Origin: Leidyana gryllorum EB-2025a
Lineage: Eukaryota; Protista; Apicomplexa
NCBI GenBank assembly: GCA_048772705.1
Contig: JBLWGC010000230.1
Span: 1,426,001 to 1,490,000, forward strand
Length of the DNA stretch: 64,000 nt
Direction: 5' to 3'
The notes under the pieces are model-generated. The model did no database searches. It saw nothing but the letters and a program-made list of their open reading frames with translations, and was not told the DNA's origin. Below, in pieces: positions 43,401 through 58,604 of the stretch (the stretch's first letter is position 1; the number at the start of each line of letters is the position of its first letter). The translations under genes were made by a program, and so were the position numbers.

Positions 43401-46400
43401 AACCCCCAGGTGGTTTGAAGCTCCATCTCGATGTGGACCAAATCAAAAGCCCCAACAACTCCATCCTATCGCCCAGAATCGCGGAACGCCGTGATCGACG
43501 TGGCATGACCCTCCGCAAGCATGGTTCAACACACAACCGACCGCGGAGGCCTGCCCGCACGTTCGATCAAACTACCACCGAGGGACCTACCCGATTTGTT
43601 GGCAGGGTCCCGTTGAAAAACGGGATCCCTATTTTCTACAGCAAGCGGAGGTGGCGCTCGCCTCTTAGGAATTTGTGGACTTTTCTGATCATATTCATAG
43701 GAGTAGGGGTCTTGTGGGATGTATTTGAGTGAGTGAATGTTCTCTGGCACAGTGTGACATTTGTGCAGGAATGAATACCAGTGGCGGCTAATTCTAACGG
43801 ATAAGACTCGTCTCAAGGTTATATCACGAGAATGTCCTATATACTTCCGGAAAGCATCAGCTAGAGAGTCGCCATATCTCTTGGTAACAGGATGGGCTTC
43901 GCAACTGACTCTGAACCGGGAAACTAAAGAAGGAGATCGTTATGATATGTCATATCATGAAGATTGGCCGCACGACAATTTGGGAGGTGCTAATTCGACA
44001 TCATTGGAACAATCAGACCACTCCGTGATGAGAAGTGAATTTATGCCGACCGGACAGGCGCTTGGTGGGGATTTGATCACCAATGCCACCGCCCCAGTAG
44101 ACATTCTGACTTTGGATAACGATGAATGGTTACCTTCGAGTCACTGCTCTGCTACCTTCTTCCTCCCGCCCGGTGCAGTTCTGGAAAGGGTGGAAGTTGA
44201 TATGTCAAGCCGCCGCAGCCATGGGGATCGGCCATCGGACACAATAAGAAGCGACGACCCTGAGGTACTGATCAAATGTACGGAGTCTTTCAGCGCTCGC
44301 ATATTCTCGGGCACCATACATTTGGCTGCAGTCGAAGCACCACAAGTTCGGATAAGTGCAATTGATGGTACAGTGAACCTGGGGCTTCCAAGTGATCTCG
44401 GTGTTTACCCGAACATTACCATGGACACTGGTTTGGCAATGGTGACGATCAGGTCTGCGCACAATACCGATCTGTCTCTCCCAGTCGAAGCTGCCCTTCG
44501 TGCGAGTATTTCGGCCCCATCAGTCAAATGGGTTCCGCCGGAGCCCAATAGAGACTTGCGCGCACACCTTTTGGCCTTGGTCCCACATCCCGAAGGCAAG
44601 CATCCCCAACACACGGGCATCATACGGGTCCGGCAACTAGCTGGACAAAGTATCACACACTTGTCTGTTGGACATGGACGTCGAGTCAGTTGGATAGGAT
44701 TGGAGCATCTACAGCCTCCTCACTTTGTACATGAGCATCAAGGGAGGATAGGCCAAAAGTTGGACTGGCTTTCGGACAATAGTGCCAATCCATGGGAAAT
44801 GACTGCTCGCATCCATATTGCTGGGTGCGATGGCTTCCGTTTGGAGGACACTGAGAATGATGCCATTTATGACTTCAAGTATGTTGCTAATAGCGCCAGT
44901 TTGGGCAAGCAACCGCTGCCTGCATGGTTCAGCGCGGGTTTGCTAGCTCCACAGCATGCTCACTTCGAGGCCCATTCAATAGGGTATATCGCGCATGATG
45001 AGTATGCACTTAACGCCGTTCAGGACTATTGGAATGAGGATTTGAACACAGTGGATCCTACTGAGGAGAATGGTTTAACAAAGCGTGCCTCCTGGTTGTC
45101 AAAAGTCGTTAAGTTTAAAGGATTGCACACGTCCACACCTCTGCGAGGTATATCTCATGGCGCTGAAGTGATAGACGGAATTGGAGTTCTTCACCGGGAA
45201 GATCTTACGACGGATGTATGCAATGATGTCACGCGATTGCTGGTCAGCAAGCTGCTATGGACTGCACTGAAAGTCTCGTCACGCCCCCGAAGCCGTCTTC
45301 TGCAAGTCGTATTGCGACGAGTCACTGTCAAGACGACCGCGGCTTTATGGGGTCGTGTCCGAGACTACATCCTCGGAGGACGCATTCGCCGAGTCGAGAG
45401 GAGACAAAAGGAGCAGTTTGTGCAGGAAATTCTTGAACTGGAGAACGAATCAATCACTCATAGACCAACTTCTTTCATGGACGTTCTAGGATATGTGGTG
45501 TCGGTCTCCCTCACATGTCTGATAGCAGTTATAGCAAGTTTGACCACGAGCACTTACTTGAAAGAGTTGATGACTACAACCAGCATGGAATTCAGGTGGC
45601 GATCCGCGATTATCATGGCACTTAGCCGCCGACAAACTAACACCTTTGAAGATGAAACTGCTCAGAGTCTCGGAATTGGGGAACGCCAACAAACAATCAC
45701 TCAACTGAGTGCTGTTCAAAGAGACGATGATGACACTATTGGCGAGGTTACATTGCAGGGAGGTTTGGAAGCGAGTAGCAGGTGGTTTCTCACTGCCATT
45801 TGCGTACACACCCCCACTGAGGGCATTCTGCTGCGGTGGAATGCCAACGCTTCTCCCTTTCTTCAATACAGCAACTCCGATGCAGTGGAAGGTGACCAAC
45901 AGGAGGGCCAGCCACGACACGAGGGCACAATAATGCTGACAAGTGACATGGCCGACATCCTTCGAGTAAAGTTCGTGGTATGGACGGACGAGGAGGTCGA
46001 ACCTCGCCTGTTCTACTCTTATGCACGGCTTTCCAACATCACCACTCTACGCACCTATGGCGCTGTTCACAGCCTTCTATTCTTGCCTTTCAGCCTACGT
46101 ACGGCGTTCAGCTTGGTGAGTGTTCAGACATTCTATGACACTACGTATTTCGGCAGTCTTCGGCTAGCGCTCATCTTGGGTTACGCTTCCGGTGTCAGAT
46201 AGTTGTTATTGGAGGCGACAGTGTACCAATTGATGTTTCCAACTTCAGTCCAGAGCAAACAGTGCCCTATATGACCTTCGCCACGAGCTTGCCACGACAG
46301 TACCTCTCGGTGATAGCTGAGAAAGCTTCTTATCAGGCGCAACTCAAGCGGCAACTCAGTTCCTTTGGGATCTTCGTCCGCAAGCATCTGGTCAGAGCAC

Positions 46401-49400
46401 ACGGCACTCAAATCCCCTTCAGAATTTCCAAACTCGTACTTCACAAAGAGCAACCACAGCGAAATAAGGAGTTCTTGCTGGGGATATTCGCTGGCACAAA
46501 CATGCGAGGAGCCGAGAGACTGATGATCTTCACTGGAGTCAAGTGTGTCGATACCATCATGGTACGATTGGACGTGGTGAGTAGCCCTAAGCCCGACACC
46601 ATACTCTTCTCTATCACAGGCCAATGGGCCCATGGAAATCCGCAGAGATCGGTTTTCGATGAACGGAATCACATTTGTGATAATGAACAGTCAAAGTATG
46701 CGGATAGTCGCTACAGGTTATGCTGATCTTGCATCTGTCTATTATGGTGTGAACAAACGCCAACTGAGTGGAAATGATATCACTACGCTGGAAGATATCG
46801 AAGTCACACTCTATATTCCCCAGAGTTTGTCTGCGGACGCCACCAGGGCGCCATGGGGATCCGTCAAGCTGACTTGGGACATATCTGCCATCAAACTTCT
46901 GGAGTCCAGGGTTCCCGACCAACACATTGTGGCTCTGGAGGAGTCATTGACCGAGAGGAGGTCATCAGACTTGAGCACCGCATCCAGAGCCAGAGAAGCA
47001 GACTCGCGGCCCACTCCCTTCTGCTACAGCTACATATCCAGCATGGAAACTACGCTACCCGTCACTTCCGCCAGAGCGGAAGTCCCCGCTGTCTTGAGCA
47101 GTTCCTCCCGCCATCGAGATGGCATCATTCGTGCAGAAGATCGTTTACCATTCATACAAAACAGAGACAATGTAATGCAGTCAGGCTCTCTGGCGTCCGG
47201 ACATCCTTTCTTTAATGACACGCGTATGCCACTAAAAGATTCGTACTTTTTGGACGGTGAGTGATACATCCAAGCCCACTCTAGCTATTTCCTTCCAGAT
47301 CTTCCTGGCGATGTTCTCTTGGAGGGAACAGAGCACCTCATCCGCTGGAAGTGGGAGGTGGACAGCGCTGAGCACCTAGGCCTTATCAGAGGTCAGAGTG
47401 ACTTGCCAAGAGATCTTTATGGATCAATTGGATCGAGCAGCAGCCTTCTTTCATCGACCAGCGATGGGACCATAGGTTCACCAAAGCACACGATCAAGAC
47501 ACCCGAAGCCTACCTTTACCTTTGTGCTTATCCATCCGGTCGTGTGCTCAGCCAGCTACATCACGGAAGATCTATCGACCCTAGACTGAATATGTATACT
47601 TGGAGTGTCCAGATGCCCAAATTTCAGGACAGTGACTGTGGAACAGCTGAGGAGAAGAATGTGTTATATCAGGCGTTCAAGTATACACGACATCCCGGCT
47701 GTCAATTGTGCTACTTCGTCCTCACCAATGAGGAGTTCCGACGCGTTCCGGGCAACCGGTTCGACTTCGTCAGTTTTCAGCAACTCAAGCAAGTCTCGGA
47801 GCGGAAAGGGGCCCCGGCAGCACGACCAATGAGCAGCAGTACCAACAAAGACGAACAAGAGCCTCCACGCATCAAATATGTTGTCAGTCATGCCTTCTTC
47901 ATCACTAAAGGATACCTCTTGGCAGAGCTCGACTTTATCTATTCTGCATTCTGCAGAGCCGAGAACTTGCAGAAGGCACCCTTGAGTGCCAGCATTCTGC
48001 TTCGCTACGGCATCACTGTCTTGCCCCCTCGAATTATCAGAGTCTGTGAAGATATACGTGCCAGGCTACCTTTCGAAAAGTCCAAGTCAGACAACCCTTT
48101 CCCAGGGTCCTCTTCATCGGTGAGCGGGCAGGCCGGATCGTACAGTGACGTGGGAGACACCGATGGCCCACATGTCATAAGAAGACGGAGACGCCGCTCG
48201 ACTTTTGCTCAATCGCAAGGTGAGACGGAGTCGAGTGCAACTGACCCCAAAGAGCTGGTGATCTGCCCAAGAGCGATGATGCTGAGCTCGGACACAATTG
48301 TGGCCTCAATCGCTCCGGGAACGGGCGTTGATATTGGGGAGCAGCCTGATGATATCGAGTTGGAGAACTTGGATGATTTTTCTGGCGGTGCGAGACAGGC
48401 GGAAGCTCGATTCTCTATGACCGTGAATCGGCGTGCAGCTGTCACTTTTCAAGACAATGACCGACAGGAAAGCCAGCGTCGAGGAACCCCGATGCTCAAC
48501 GGGCCCTCAAATTTCCTGGGAGAATTCACTGGGTCTTCCCTGAGCGTCCACAAGTAAGGGTTGTACAAAGCAGAGTGTGCACTATTTGTCTGCAGATCTT
48601 TGTCGAGGATGGAAATCCTACTGGAGGGATGTGAGCTTTCGCAGGACCGTCGCTGGTGGACGACAACTGTCCAAAGTGTTCCCGAGGCGGGCCCGATTGG
48701 ATCTTACCTATACCAATTGCTAAGCGATTGGTACCTCAAGATACGAGTCTTGACATATGTCTCAAATCTTGGGATAGGGCCCAAGGCAGCCAACATCCGG
48801 AGTATGAACAGAGCTCATTGGACCCGCGACATTATGCAAATCTGCGATGTCTTCCGAATCGCTGACTTTTGGAGCACGGTGATCACTTGGGTGATGGACT
48901 TCGAATTGCTCCCTGGGACAGAGTCGGTCCATGCCCAGCAGAGCAATACCTTATTCTTCGGTCGTCACCCCCGCCGATCAGCATTCAACGTGTTCAGTAT
49001 CAGTTACCTTCAGAGCTGGATGCTACACTACATGTCCAAGTTGCTGGCGACAGCATCCAAGTAAGTTGCACAATCAGATTAATGTTGTCAAGTGTTTCAC
49101 TCTTTGCGTGTAGAGGATTGAGATGTGGTATGAGGTTCTACTTGACCGTCTCTACATTTCTGACACGCTCCACCGTTGGTCGGAATGTTACTGGGCGGGC
49201 TGAGAAGCTAACTCCAGGTCAGCAACTCGAGTTCATCGTGCTGCCGTTCATGATGGACTTTTTGAGTATGGCCGAAGAGCTATTCTTATACACACTTGTC
49301 CCTTGCCTCTTGAGCTGGGCACTGCTGGCCAGACTGGATGCTATCCAGACAGAGCAGGCCGGCTTCATACTGCATACCGCTTCTAACATGGAGATACAGA

Positions 49401-52400
49401 TGTGTCAATCGAGACCAAAGAATACATTGGCTTGTTCTCAATTTGCTGATGCACCGTTCACCATCGCCACACTTCTCTTCCTGGCCAGCTGGGTACTATT
49501 GAGTCTCTATTTGATCATTTACCGCTCGTGGACAAGAAGAGACATGAAGAGTTTGACAGGGATGGGAAGATTCCTGAAATCAGAGTGGGCCAGTGAGGTG
49601 ATGCTCCATATTTCAGCGACTGGTATCATTGGATTCTTTATTGTTTTCTCGTTATGGTTCTTCCTGGGATCTCTGATAGCTACTGAACGATTTCTTCCGT
49701 ATACGATCATGCTGGTCACTCTAGGAATCTTAGTGTGGAGGATTTCGGACACATTTTCATCAAGTCGCAAAGCAGTCGAAGACCTATTGAACAAGCACCA
49801 GACAACACTCATGGAGATCGCGATGGATCATTGGGTCCGTAGTCGTCGGATAACTCTTCAAAACTCCCGCAAAGGCGTTCCGACCATTGAAGCATGGCAG
49901 ACTCGAGAAATGGATGTATTACGTGACCGATATCGGCGATTCAAAATGGAGGATTTTGCTTCATCCAGTGCTCGCCCCGCGACGGCACTGGATAGAGTTG
50001 CCAACCCCTCTGCCATGATTAAGATTCCCACTGCGTCGCCTTCAGATAGTATGCAAGATGCCAGGGCCGCAGTGGAGCCCGTGGAAGCTCAGTGGAGACT
50101 GTACAAGGGTCAGTTGACACATGAGCTGGCAGTGGAACGAATAGTGTGTGCTTATGATCTGGTTTCGCACGGCAGCACTTCCAGCAAGACGTCGCCAACC
50201 CTGGTGAGCGCTGGGCCGACTAGTGCCATGCTCTGGAATACGGCATATAAAGGCTCGCCCAACGCATCGCGGCAGATGGAAGCGAGTGACCGACACCCTC
50301 CCTCCCCTCGTCTCTCCCTCTCGTCTTCCCGCGACATTGGAGAAGACCACTCGGCGCCGGAGCGTCGACTTTCCCAGGCTTCCACAGAAGGCGAGAATCT
50401 TGCATTGTCAGCCGCGGATGACAGTAGCGGAAAGAGCCAGGAGGTTATTGAACATCACCTGTTTCAGGCCATTCAGGTGGCATTCCAGAGTCAACAAGTA
50501 ACGGGTTCGGCGTTGCGCAGCTTAGTGGATGAGATATTGTATCAAATGGCTTCTTACGAGTATGACCGGATACCAAACAGTCGAAACGCTGGAGTTCGAG
50601 AATATCGTCTGAAAGAAGACCAAGGAGCACACGGTGAGTCTCTGCAAGGGAAATGTCTGAATAGTCAGATGATAGGCTCTGCTAATGCCCCGCGAAGGAT
50701 GGGACGACTGAGCTCCAGTCTTGATAGCATGGATAGTCCACCCATCGGTCCAGAAGCTTTCGAGTTTGAGTTCGACGACGAAGATCGACCGAAACCGTTT
50801 TCATGGGAACAGTTCGAGCTTCCCTTCGGTGGTGAGGTGCCTTGTGTTGTGGTCGATGTCATTCACCCACTTTGCTTAGCGCGATTGGCTCGTGTTGAAG
50901 AAGTGGAGGAGCAAATTGATGCATTCAAGCCGCTCGTCTCCCAGTTTGAGATGGCGATGCTTGCTGACGGGGTTCTTTGTGGAGCCCAATTCGGGTGAGT
51001 ACGGCTTTGAGGGACGTAATCCACCCTTTTCTTAGGTATCGAGTGCAGAAGAAGTTCTTGAGCAACTTCCAGCTTCCCTGCGCCTTGGTGGCCAAACCAA
51101 CGATATTTCATTGTCCGTATGTTCCTTTGGACGCCAAGCTACTATTGCTCTTCTGTGGATACGATCGAGATGATGATGGGCGCTTGAGCGAGATCGAAGC
51201 CAACTTGTGGCTCGGAGGCAATGGGATTGTACTCAAACCCTTGCGGTGGGCCGATGATCCAGAGGTGCTGGTTGGATATCTTATGCAATTCCAAGTGGGT
51301 GGGGGCCCGGACGGGACCGGAGAGCCCTCCACCAAGACCAGAGCTTTCGCAGTTCTTCCTCAACCTATAATCGATGCCAGCCAGAAGAGTCAGTTCACTG
51401 GGGTTGATGTTTTGTACCCAGACGAGCTCATCGAGATCTTGGAGAAGGCGATCATTTGCGCGCCCGTCACGGAGTGGACAGACTTCTGCAGTTTCATGCG
51501 TGATTGTTTAGCTATCAAAGTGGATTTGAATCAAGGCTTGAGTCCCTACCATTTCCGATTATTCTACCATCGAACTTTCGATGTGGGGTGTGAGTGGCCT
51601 CTTCGCAAGGACGCAAGCACGCGATATCTGTCCGGACCAGCGAGTATTGTGTCTCCCACAAATCCGATGGTAGATGCGTGGATCAAAGGACGGTTCACCA
51701 GAATGTTTCATCCCAAGGAAACTGACTCGACGACAGCTGTCCCAGAGACTGAGAAACTGGCACGAAGAGGAAACATGAGTAGCGCGGAGAAGTTGTTGGC
51801 TGGCGGACAAGTCCTGGACAGGAATGCAAGCGGGGACATTCTGCACTCCCCCGGAGAAAGAGACGATTTCGGCCAAGCCAACGGGTCTTATGGGATGTTG
51901 TCGCATACCACGGCATCTCTTCTTCTCGGAGGTCGAGGCTATCCAATGGATCTGAAAAGTGACCCACACGCTGAAAGTGATGTCTCTCTGCAGCCACCAG
52001 ATAGATCCGCCTTGTTAGCTCCCAAGACCAGTACTTGCGCGGTTTGCGCCGGCTACAGATTCGGTGGCAAAGTGCGCGACCGGCAGCTGGACTCCAGCGT
52101 TTCATCCAAGCACCACCTTGAAATGATCCGACGACTTAGCGGCATCTTCTCGTATCTGCAGAGAAATGAGGAGGATCCCGAGTTCTGTCATATCGAGCAA
52201 ACCTTCAGTGACGTCAAAGGTCTTGCACGAATTCTCACCGCCACACAGGCTCAAATTCTTGTACCCTTATTCGGTCGTCACGCCGTTGCCAATTCGTTGA
52301 CATATGTTGCCACACAGCAAATCACATCAGAGATGGCCAGTCAGGGATTATCGATCGAGTCAGTTGAGACTGAAGGTCAGCGTCGAGCGACATCGGAGTA

Positions 52401-55400
52401 TCAAAGCTATGTCTCGCGACGTCCCGGTGCAGCCTTGGGGACCCCGGGCAAGGCGCATCAATCTCCGCGACATCAAGGGCTTCCTCGTCGAAGTGTCACT
52501 GTATTCGATGCACCACCGTCTCCGGCGGATAGCTCGGTACAGAAGAAAGTCGGGGGAATAAGCTTCCGACGTCGGGCTTCCTCGTCAGGGAAGCCAGCGA
52601 ATTCCATGTCATCTACGAAGGATAAGCGATCACGAGTGCCGCATATGGATATGGAGAAAATGACCTTTGTCGACGAGGATGATATTGATTTGCTTTCGCC
52701 GAAAAGCACTTCTACCGTTGGCGGAGGCATAACAACTCCGGCGGCCGCACCAGGGACCGGAGGAGAGGCTGACGATCGAATGGATATACAACTGTTTCAG
52801 AATGCGCGTGAACGCAGACACAGCCGTGCGCGGCACAACACTATGGCTGCAGCGATGCATCAACACAACATCAGTCTCCGTATGCTTGATACAGATCTTG
52901 GGCTGGCTCGGCGAGCTGCGCATATCAATACGACTGAGGTGGATAGGTGGTCCGAATTCTTGTCAGCATATGACACCAAGAAAGCGCTCAAAGCGGTTCC
53001 CAAAAGGTTGAGAAATAGTGCGTTGCTTCGATCCAAGAGTTTCCTCGCTAAAGCCGCCAGTGACAAGGCTGAATATCAAGTGATCATCAAAAACGTGCAT
53101 TTGGCCCTGCTGGATGAGTTCAAGAAGTCTTTCCTCAAGTTCTACTTGCGGAAATTCGACATCGACATGTTACGGACCAAAATCAACGACTTTTATGACC
53201 GATCATATTCGGATTTCATCCAAGGAAAGGTCAAGAAGATCCTGAGTGCTCAATTCCCGATCCATGTTCGGGATCTGCATCCTGAAACACGGAGCTTTTT
53301 CGATGTCAGTGGTGCGGGATTTGTCACTTCAGCCTTGGGCGCCCAAGAAGGCGCGGATGGTGGAGCAGTGGGACCAGGAGAGGAACCACTATTCGGATCA
53401 GCCAACGGTCGCAAGCGTGGAGCGCCAACGGCGTACCTCGTATTGCGAAGTTTGAGATCCTTCAGATTTTCCATGATCCACGACGTCAGTGTCCTTCAAG
53501 GTACTTCGGCAAACGATGCTGCAAGTCAGATCAAGTTGCTCTTACATGTCTTGGAGCATCCCCAACTGCCACAATTCGATACGTATTTGCGTCAGGATCC
53601 AACTTTCCGACCCCCTCAAAATGTGTCATTGAGAGAATGGATTCAGGTAAGTCGTGCTGCCGAACGCTATAGATTTGCTTTTTACACAGATCACGATCCT
53701 CATTCGCATCCTCCTAACGACCCATATATTGTGTGAGCGGAATTTCGAAGAAATCTCGGTACCATTGAAGAGCCCCACCGGGGCGGTTGCTGCAGTCCCT
53801 GGTGGTGGAGCTGGAGTTGGAGCGGCGGCTCGCCGAGGCGTCATGTTCACTACGGCAGGTGGACCCAACGCTGCGGCCAATGCGCGCCCGGGTCAAGGAG
53901 ATTTCGGTAGTCGATATATCATTATCGTGCTGTTGCGTCCAAAGTATCGCAATTCCGCCTTGTTCTATTTGTCGACATTACGAAGATTCAGTCTGTCTAA
54001 CGTGGAGAAATCCAAGAAAGAAGTTGCTGCTATCGGCCAGGCGGCTGTCATTGCTGAACAACGAGGTCTACAGGCTCCCGGACGCTCCAAGATTTTCAGG
54101 ACGCAGTTGATGGGACAAAATATTGTCACCCTGGGAGGAGGAAGGGCAACAGACACTTCGCTGCCCTTGTCCAGTTTGCTACAAAACATCAACAGTGTGG
54201 AGGAAGCTGCTCCCGCAGCTGGGAGACCTCTCGTGCTGGGTGGACAGAAGACAGGCACCACTACTTTCGGAGCAGGTGTCACTGGACTGCTGGGTACGAG
54301 TGTGCGCCAGATCGATGATGCATGGTTAGATCCTTATTTCGGAGCTGCCGAGTATCTGGTGACACACTACCTGTGGCTGGATTCCTTTGAATTTCTGGTG
54401 ACGCTACAGGGACTGAGCTGGCACGAAGATGATTTCCCGTTCGACCCGAAACAGGGGCAACAACAAAGGCAAGAGGGGCCTCTGGGTTACGAAGGGGCTC
54501 TCACTGCCCGCGGAGGCGTGACGGCTCGCATCATCATTGGGGGAACAACAGCGGCGAACGACGAAGATCTCTCAACCATAGGTGAGCTTATAGGGCACGG
54601 CTTTAGTGGTAAATCGTTTTCCAGAGGATGTCAGAGGGCGAAATCTGAAACGTGCCGAGATTATCTTCAATCGACTGAGTGCAAATACCGGATTCCTAGA
54701 TGCTACTCTCGCAGACGAGGGGATTGAATTGCTGACAGAAGGTCGACTCAGCTTCAGCAGCGTCATTGCCTGTCTGAGTGGACTGGGGATGACAGCCAGA
54801 AGCGTTCACACTGGGTCAATGCATAACACTGTACTATCACAGTTGCAGGAGGGTTTGGAAACATCATACGCGACCTCTTTGCAAGCCATATTGATCGGTA
54901 TTCGAGGGCTGGGTGCCACACACAAGGCGGCGGCACAACGGCGCGGGCAATTCGAAGATGTTCGATTCTATGAGCATCACACATTCGCCACATCTTTGAG
55001 CAAAAGTGCGAACAGGACCATGGATGGCGCACCTTTCAAATTGTCCACTCCGTCAATGGACAACGGCGGAGCCCCCACCGGATTAGGGGGAAATAACGAG
55101 GATGTTGAAAGATTCAAAAATGACCTGCTCGACTGGTCATGGTTTCGAACAGGGCATGGATGGGGTGATCTACATATGGAAGCCTTTGAGAAGTGAGTGG
55201 AATGTGTGTCTCTTCAGCTGATTCTTTTTTGCAGATTGGCCGGAAGCACTGGTAGTTTCATAGGACGCACACAGCTGATCGAGTTCATAGAGTGGTTCCG
55301 AACGATCTTCCTGATTACTGATCAGTCTCATGGCGGGGCGGCTGAAACAGGAACATTCACCGCGTCGCGAAGCGGGGGGTCTATGACAGCAGGACCAAAT

Positions 55401-58400
55401 GCTATCACTAGAGCTACTACCAGGACTGCCCATGCGGCTCCCGTCGCCGCTGGTGGAGAGAAAACTGGAGGTCACCAATCTCTACTCCAACAGGCTTCTT
55501 TGACATCCCGATTCTGGATAGATTTGACATTCTTCGATGATGTTTGCCAAGATTTAGGCTTTAGCTCGACATATCAAGGAAGCGAAATGCTGTGGAACTT
55601 AGTTTACATCCAGATCAGAGGGCACGAAGTTGAGAGTCGGTGGTGGCAGGACCTGACCGAGATAAATACTCAGCAGAGTGGGAAAGATGGCGTTGTGAAA
55701 AGAGCTTTCACCATAGCCAATCGATACACTGACGCCGCGGGTGCTAACAACGGTACTTCAGCAGTACCTACTGGACCTTCAAAACGGAAAAATAGTCTGC
55801 AACAGCAGTTTACTGACCCTTCGGAGGACGACAGCAGTGATGATGACGGCAAGTCCAGGATGTCCGCAGATGAGAAATTGAGGGATCGGCAGAAACGAAT
55901 CAATACCATCTACTTTGGTGGTAGAGATGGGATGGTTGATTTGGGAGGGACAGGCTCGAGCCCTACTTCACGCAGGCGGGAAGGCGACGACCTGACCCAT
56001 GACAGCAACAACAGTGCTCGAGGCGCGTTACCCTCTGTCTTCTCACCCACTGTACGATCATTGACAGGCCAGCAGATGGAGAGTATTGCCTCCCCTTCGC
56101 ATCGGACGATTAATGTGCCGATGAGGGCAGCATCAGATAATTTGAAGGGTGTCGAGAACAGCAAGACTGGCATTTCAGGTATACTGCAGCGCATCTTCTC
56201 TCCACCCCCGGGATCAATGGTCAGCCATGAGGGACCTGCTGCATCCAGAGCGCCTTCTCTCCGCCAACCAGCGCGCGGCATCGGCAGTGATATGGATTTT
56301 TGTCAGCTTCCCCCGTACTTCCACGAAGCTTTGCCACAGCTGCTTCCCCTGAGCTTGGTGCGCAAAGCCCTGCTCAGACTATTTCTGCTACCTACGAATT
56401 CAGCCGGAGTGGTGGTCTCACTGGACGATAACTTTGATACTATTGAAGGATATAGCGGATGTGTTCCACCTTTGGGTTTGGCCAAAGCACTGGAGATAAG
56501 CAAGATCTCTGTGATGCGGAAAGGCTTCTGGACCATTTGGGATCGGCTGCCAAAGGTACCCGTGGAAATAACAGACATAGTCGGGATACCTTTCAAATCA
56601 CACCTCATGACAGTCGCGGACCCACCTGCCGATGGACTTCCTGCTGCCTTGATGCAGTCGAATACAGGTGCCCAAGGCAAGAGAGCGAGCGAGAGCGCGA
56701 CAGCCACACCGGACAATGAGTACAACAGTGGGATTTCTATTCGAGATTGGGTTATACGGAAGTACGCTGCCACCACCCGGTCTTCGAATGCAACATCGAC
56801 AGTCCCGACGCATAGAAGCGGCGCTGCACCAGCAGAATCCTCAGCCTCGTCTTTCACAGGGGTCTCTCGTTCGTTGGATGAGCACATCACTGAGGAGCAA
56901 GTGAAAGCTGCGATAGATGATGTTCGCGTCTTTATTCGTACTGATCCTTGCGAGTACAGTATCGATCCGACATCAGGTTTGTTCGTCAGTCTCCAGGATT
57001 TGCGATTTGAGTTGCCCAAGTGAGTACATTGAGTGTTGGGACCTTTCATGATCTCGTACCTGCGCAGATTTCTGATCCAAGGCGTCTGGCCCGAGGCAAT
57101 CCAGGCCTTCTTCGAATTGGGAATGAACGTAAGCTCACTTTTGCTGTGTGGAGTTGTTAACTTCCATCCCCATTTTCGCAGCGCGAGTTCTCTTCCACTT
57201 TTCTGACCGAGCTGTGTATGGAGTGGGGATTCCAAAGCCACCGGATGCACGACGAGGACAGTGTTATGGAGTGTGTCGGCACCTTCAAACTTGAAGCTCT
57301 CAGTTTCTTCCTCTTCGAGCAGTTCAGTTTGAGAGGTCTTTCCACCTCTGCAGTGATGGAGCTTCTGAATCAAATGAAGTTGGCAGTCCATCCCTTGTAC
57401 CTGCAGCAATGGATGTCCATGAAAGAGGCCCAAGGAGACCCACCGAGACCTCTCCTGTTCGGTGGTTTGCCCACACCACTGATCTGCAACGCTCATCGAG
57501 CACTAAAGCCGTATACATGGGTAGCCAGCCCCTTCATGAAGACAGTGCGGCGAAACACCAGCACAAATGATGAGGAATTCTGTGCCGTGGCGCTGCCCAT
57601 TCATCGGAGGAAACCAACCGACCGGATTACATTCAAGCAATTCAGACGCGGTTTGAGATCATTAGTTACGGAGGCACTGGTTGAGCAGGTGATCGAGAGT
57701 TCAGGTCTGAGCTATCAGAAACAGGCTCAGGCGATTTGTTTCGCTATTGTGACTTTGTTCGCGCTGTTCGCCTTCTTCGGATTTGCAGCGAGTGCCTTCA
57801 GTGGGCTCACATCGCTGACTGCAACACTGCTTCAATCGCTTCTGGCTGTGGGAGGTGCCATTGGTTTCCAAAGCGGAATCAGCAGAGACAAAGACGCAAT
57901 TCGTCAAGATATTCTGAATAAGATGGCTGTGATCTTTGACACAGAGCCCACAGAGTTCATGAGGCCGGAGGAGCCCAGTGGGAGAGAAGAACGAGCTGTG
58001 TCGAGTCGGACAGCAGCCGAGAAGACTGCGCCGTTATCAGCGAAGCCCCTGGGGATCAGTCCAGGATTGCAATTCATTCAGTTCACAATAGTCTACCCTA
58101 TCCGTCAAGAACTGACTCCCGAATTGTTTGAGCCCTTCCGACGTTTACGTCTCCGGCCGGGAGTGTGGGTGGATCTACGGCCAAAGATCTTTCTAACTCA
58201 GTCGTCGCTTCTGGCTGTACGGGACGACAAAGAGTGGCTGGAGGAAGTGTTTTTGCGGAGCTTAGTATGGACCGAGTGGCCGACGGGAACGTTGCGCCAA
58301 CTGGGACTGAGAATTGATAGTATCACAGGCCGGATTTATGGCAAGTTGGCAGCACAGAGCGGTGGTCTGAGCATTTTATTCCTCACAGTTCGGGCGGCGA

Positions 58401-58459
58401 ATAAGTTCGGTGGCGGCAAGATTCGTATGGCTCTGACTGTGCGGTCAATGAATGATTGA
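43397..58459 (+). CDS. Giant (~4,800 aa) polytopic membrane protein with EF-hand motif
   Basis: About 13 exons joined by short GT-AG introns (e.g. 43729-43768, 46116-46156, 46577-46619); about 8 TM segments; EF loop DRDDDGRLSEIE at 51163-51198. Confidence 0.7.
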
Positions 58460-58604
58460 AGCGATTGGTGTTGTTTGGCGTGAGAAGGAACGAATTCGAT
58501 ATCTCCCAGTGACTCCTGGCTGGTGGTAGTCACCCTCATGGTCCATCCACATTTTGTGATGGTTGAAAACACGATTAGCTCGTCGTCAGATTTTTTGCTC
58601 AGAA

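Noticed and set aside
56303-57496. 397-aa minus-strand ORF
   Set aside because: Antisense to the spliced giant gene, with no recognisable motifs
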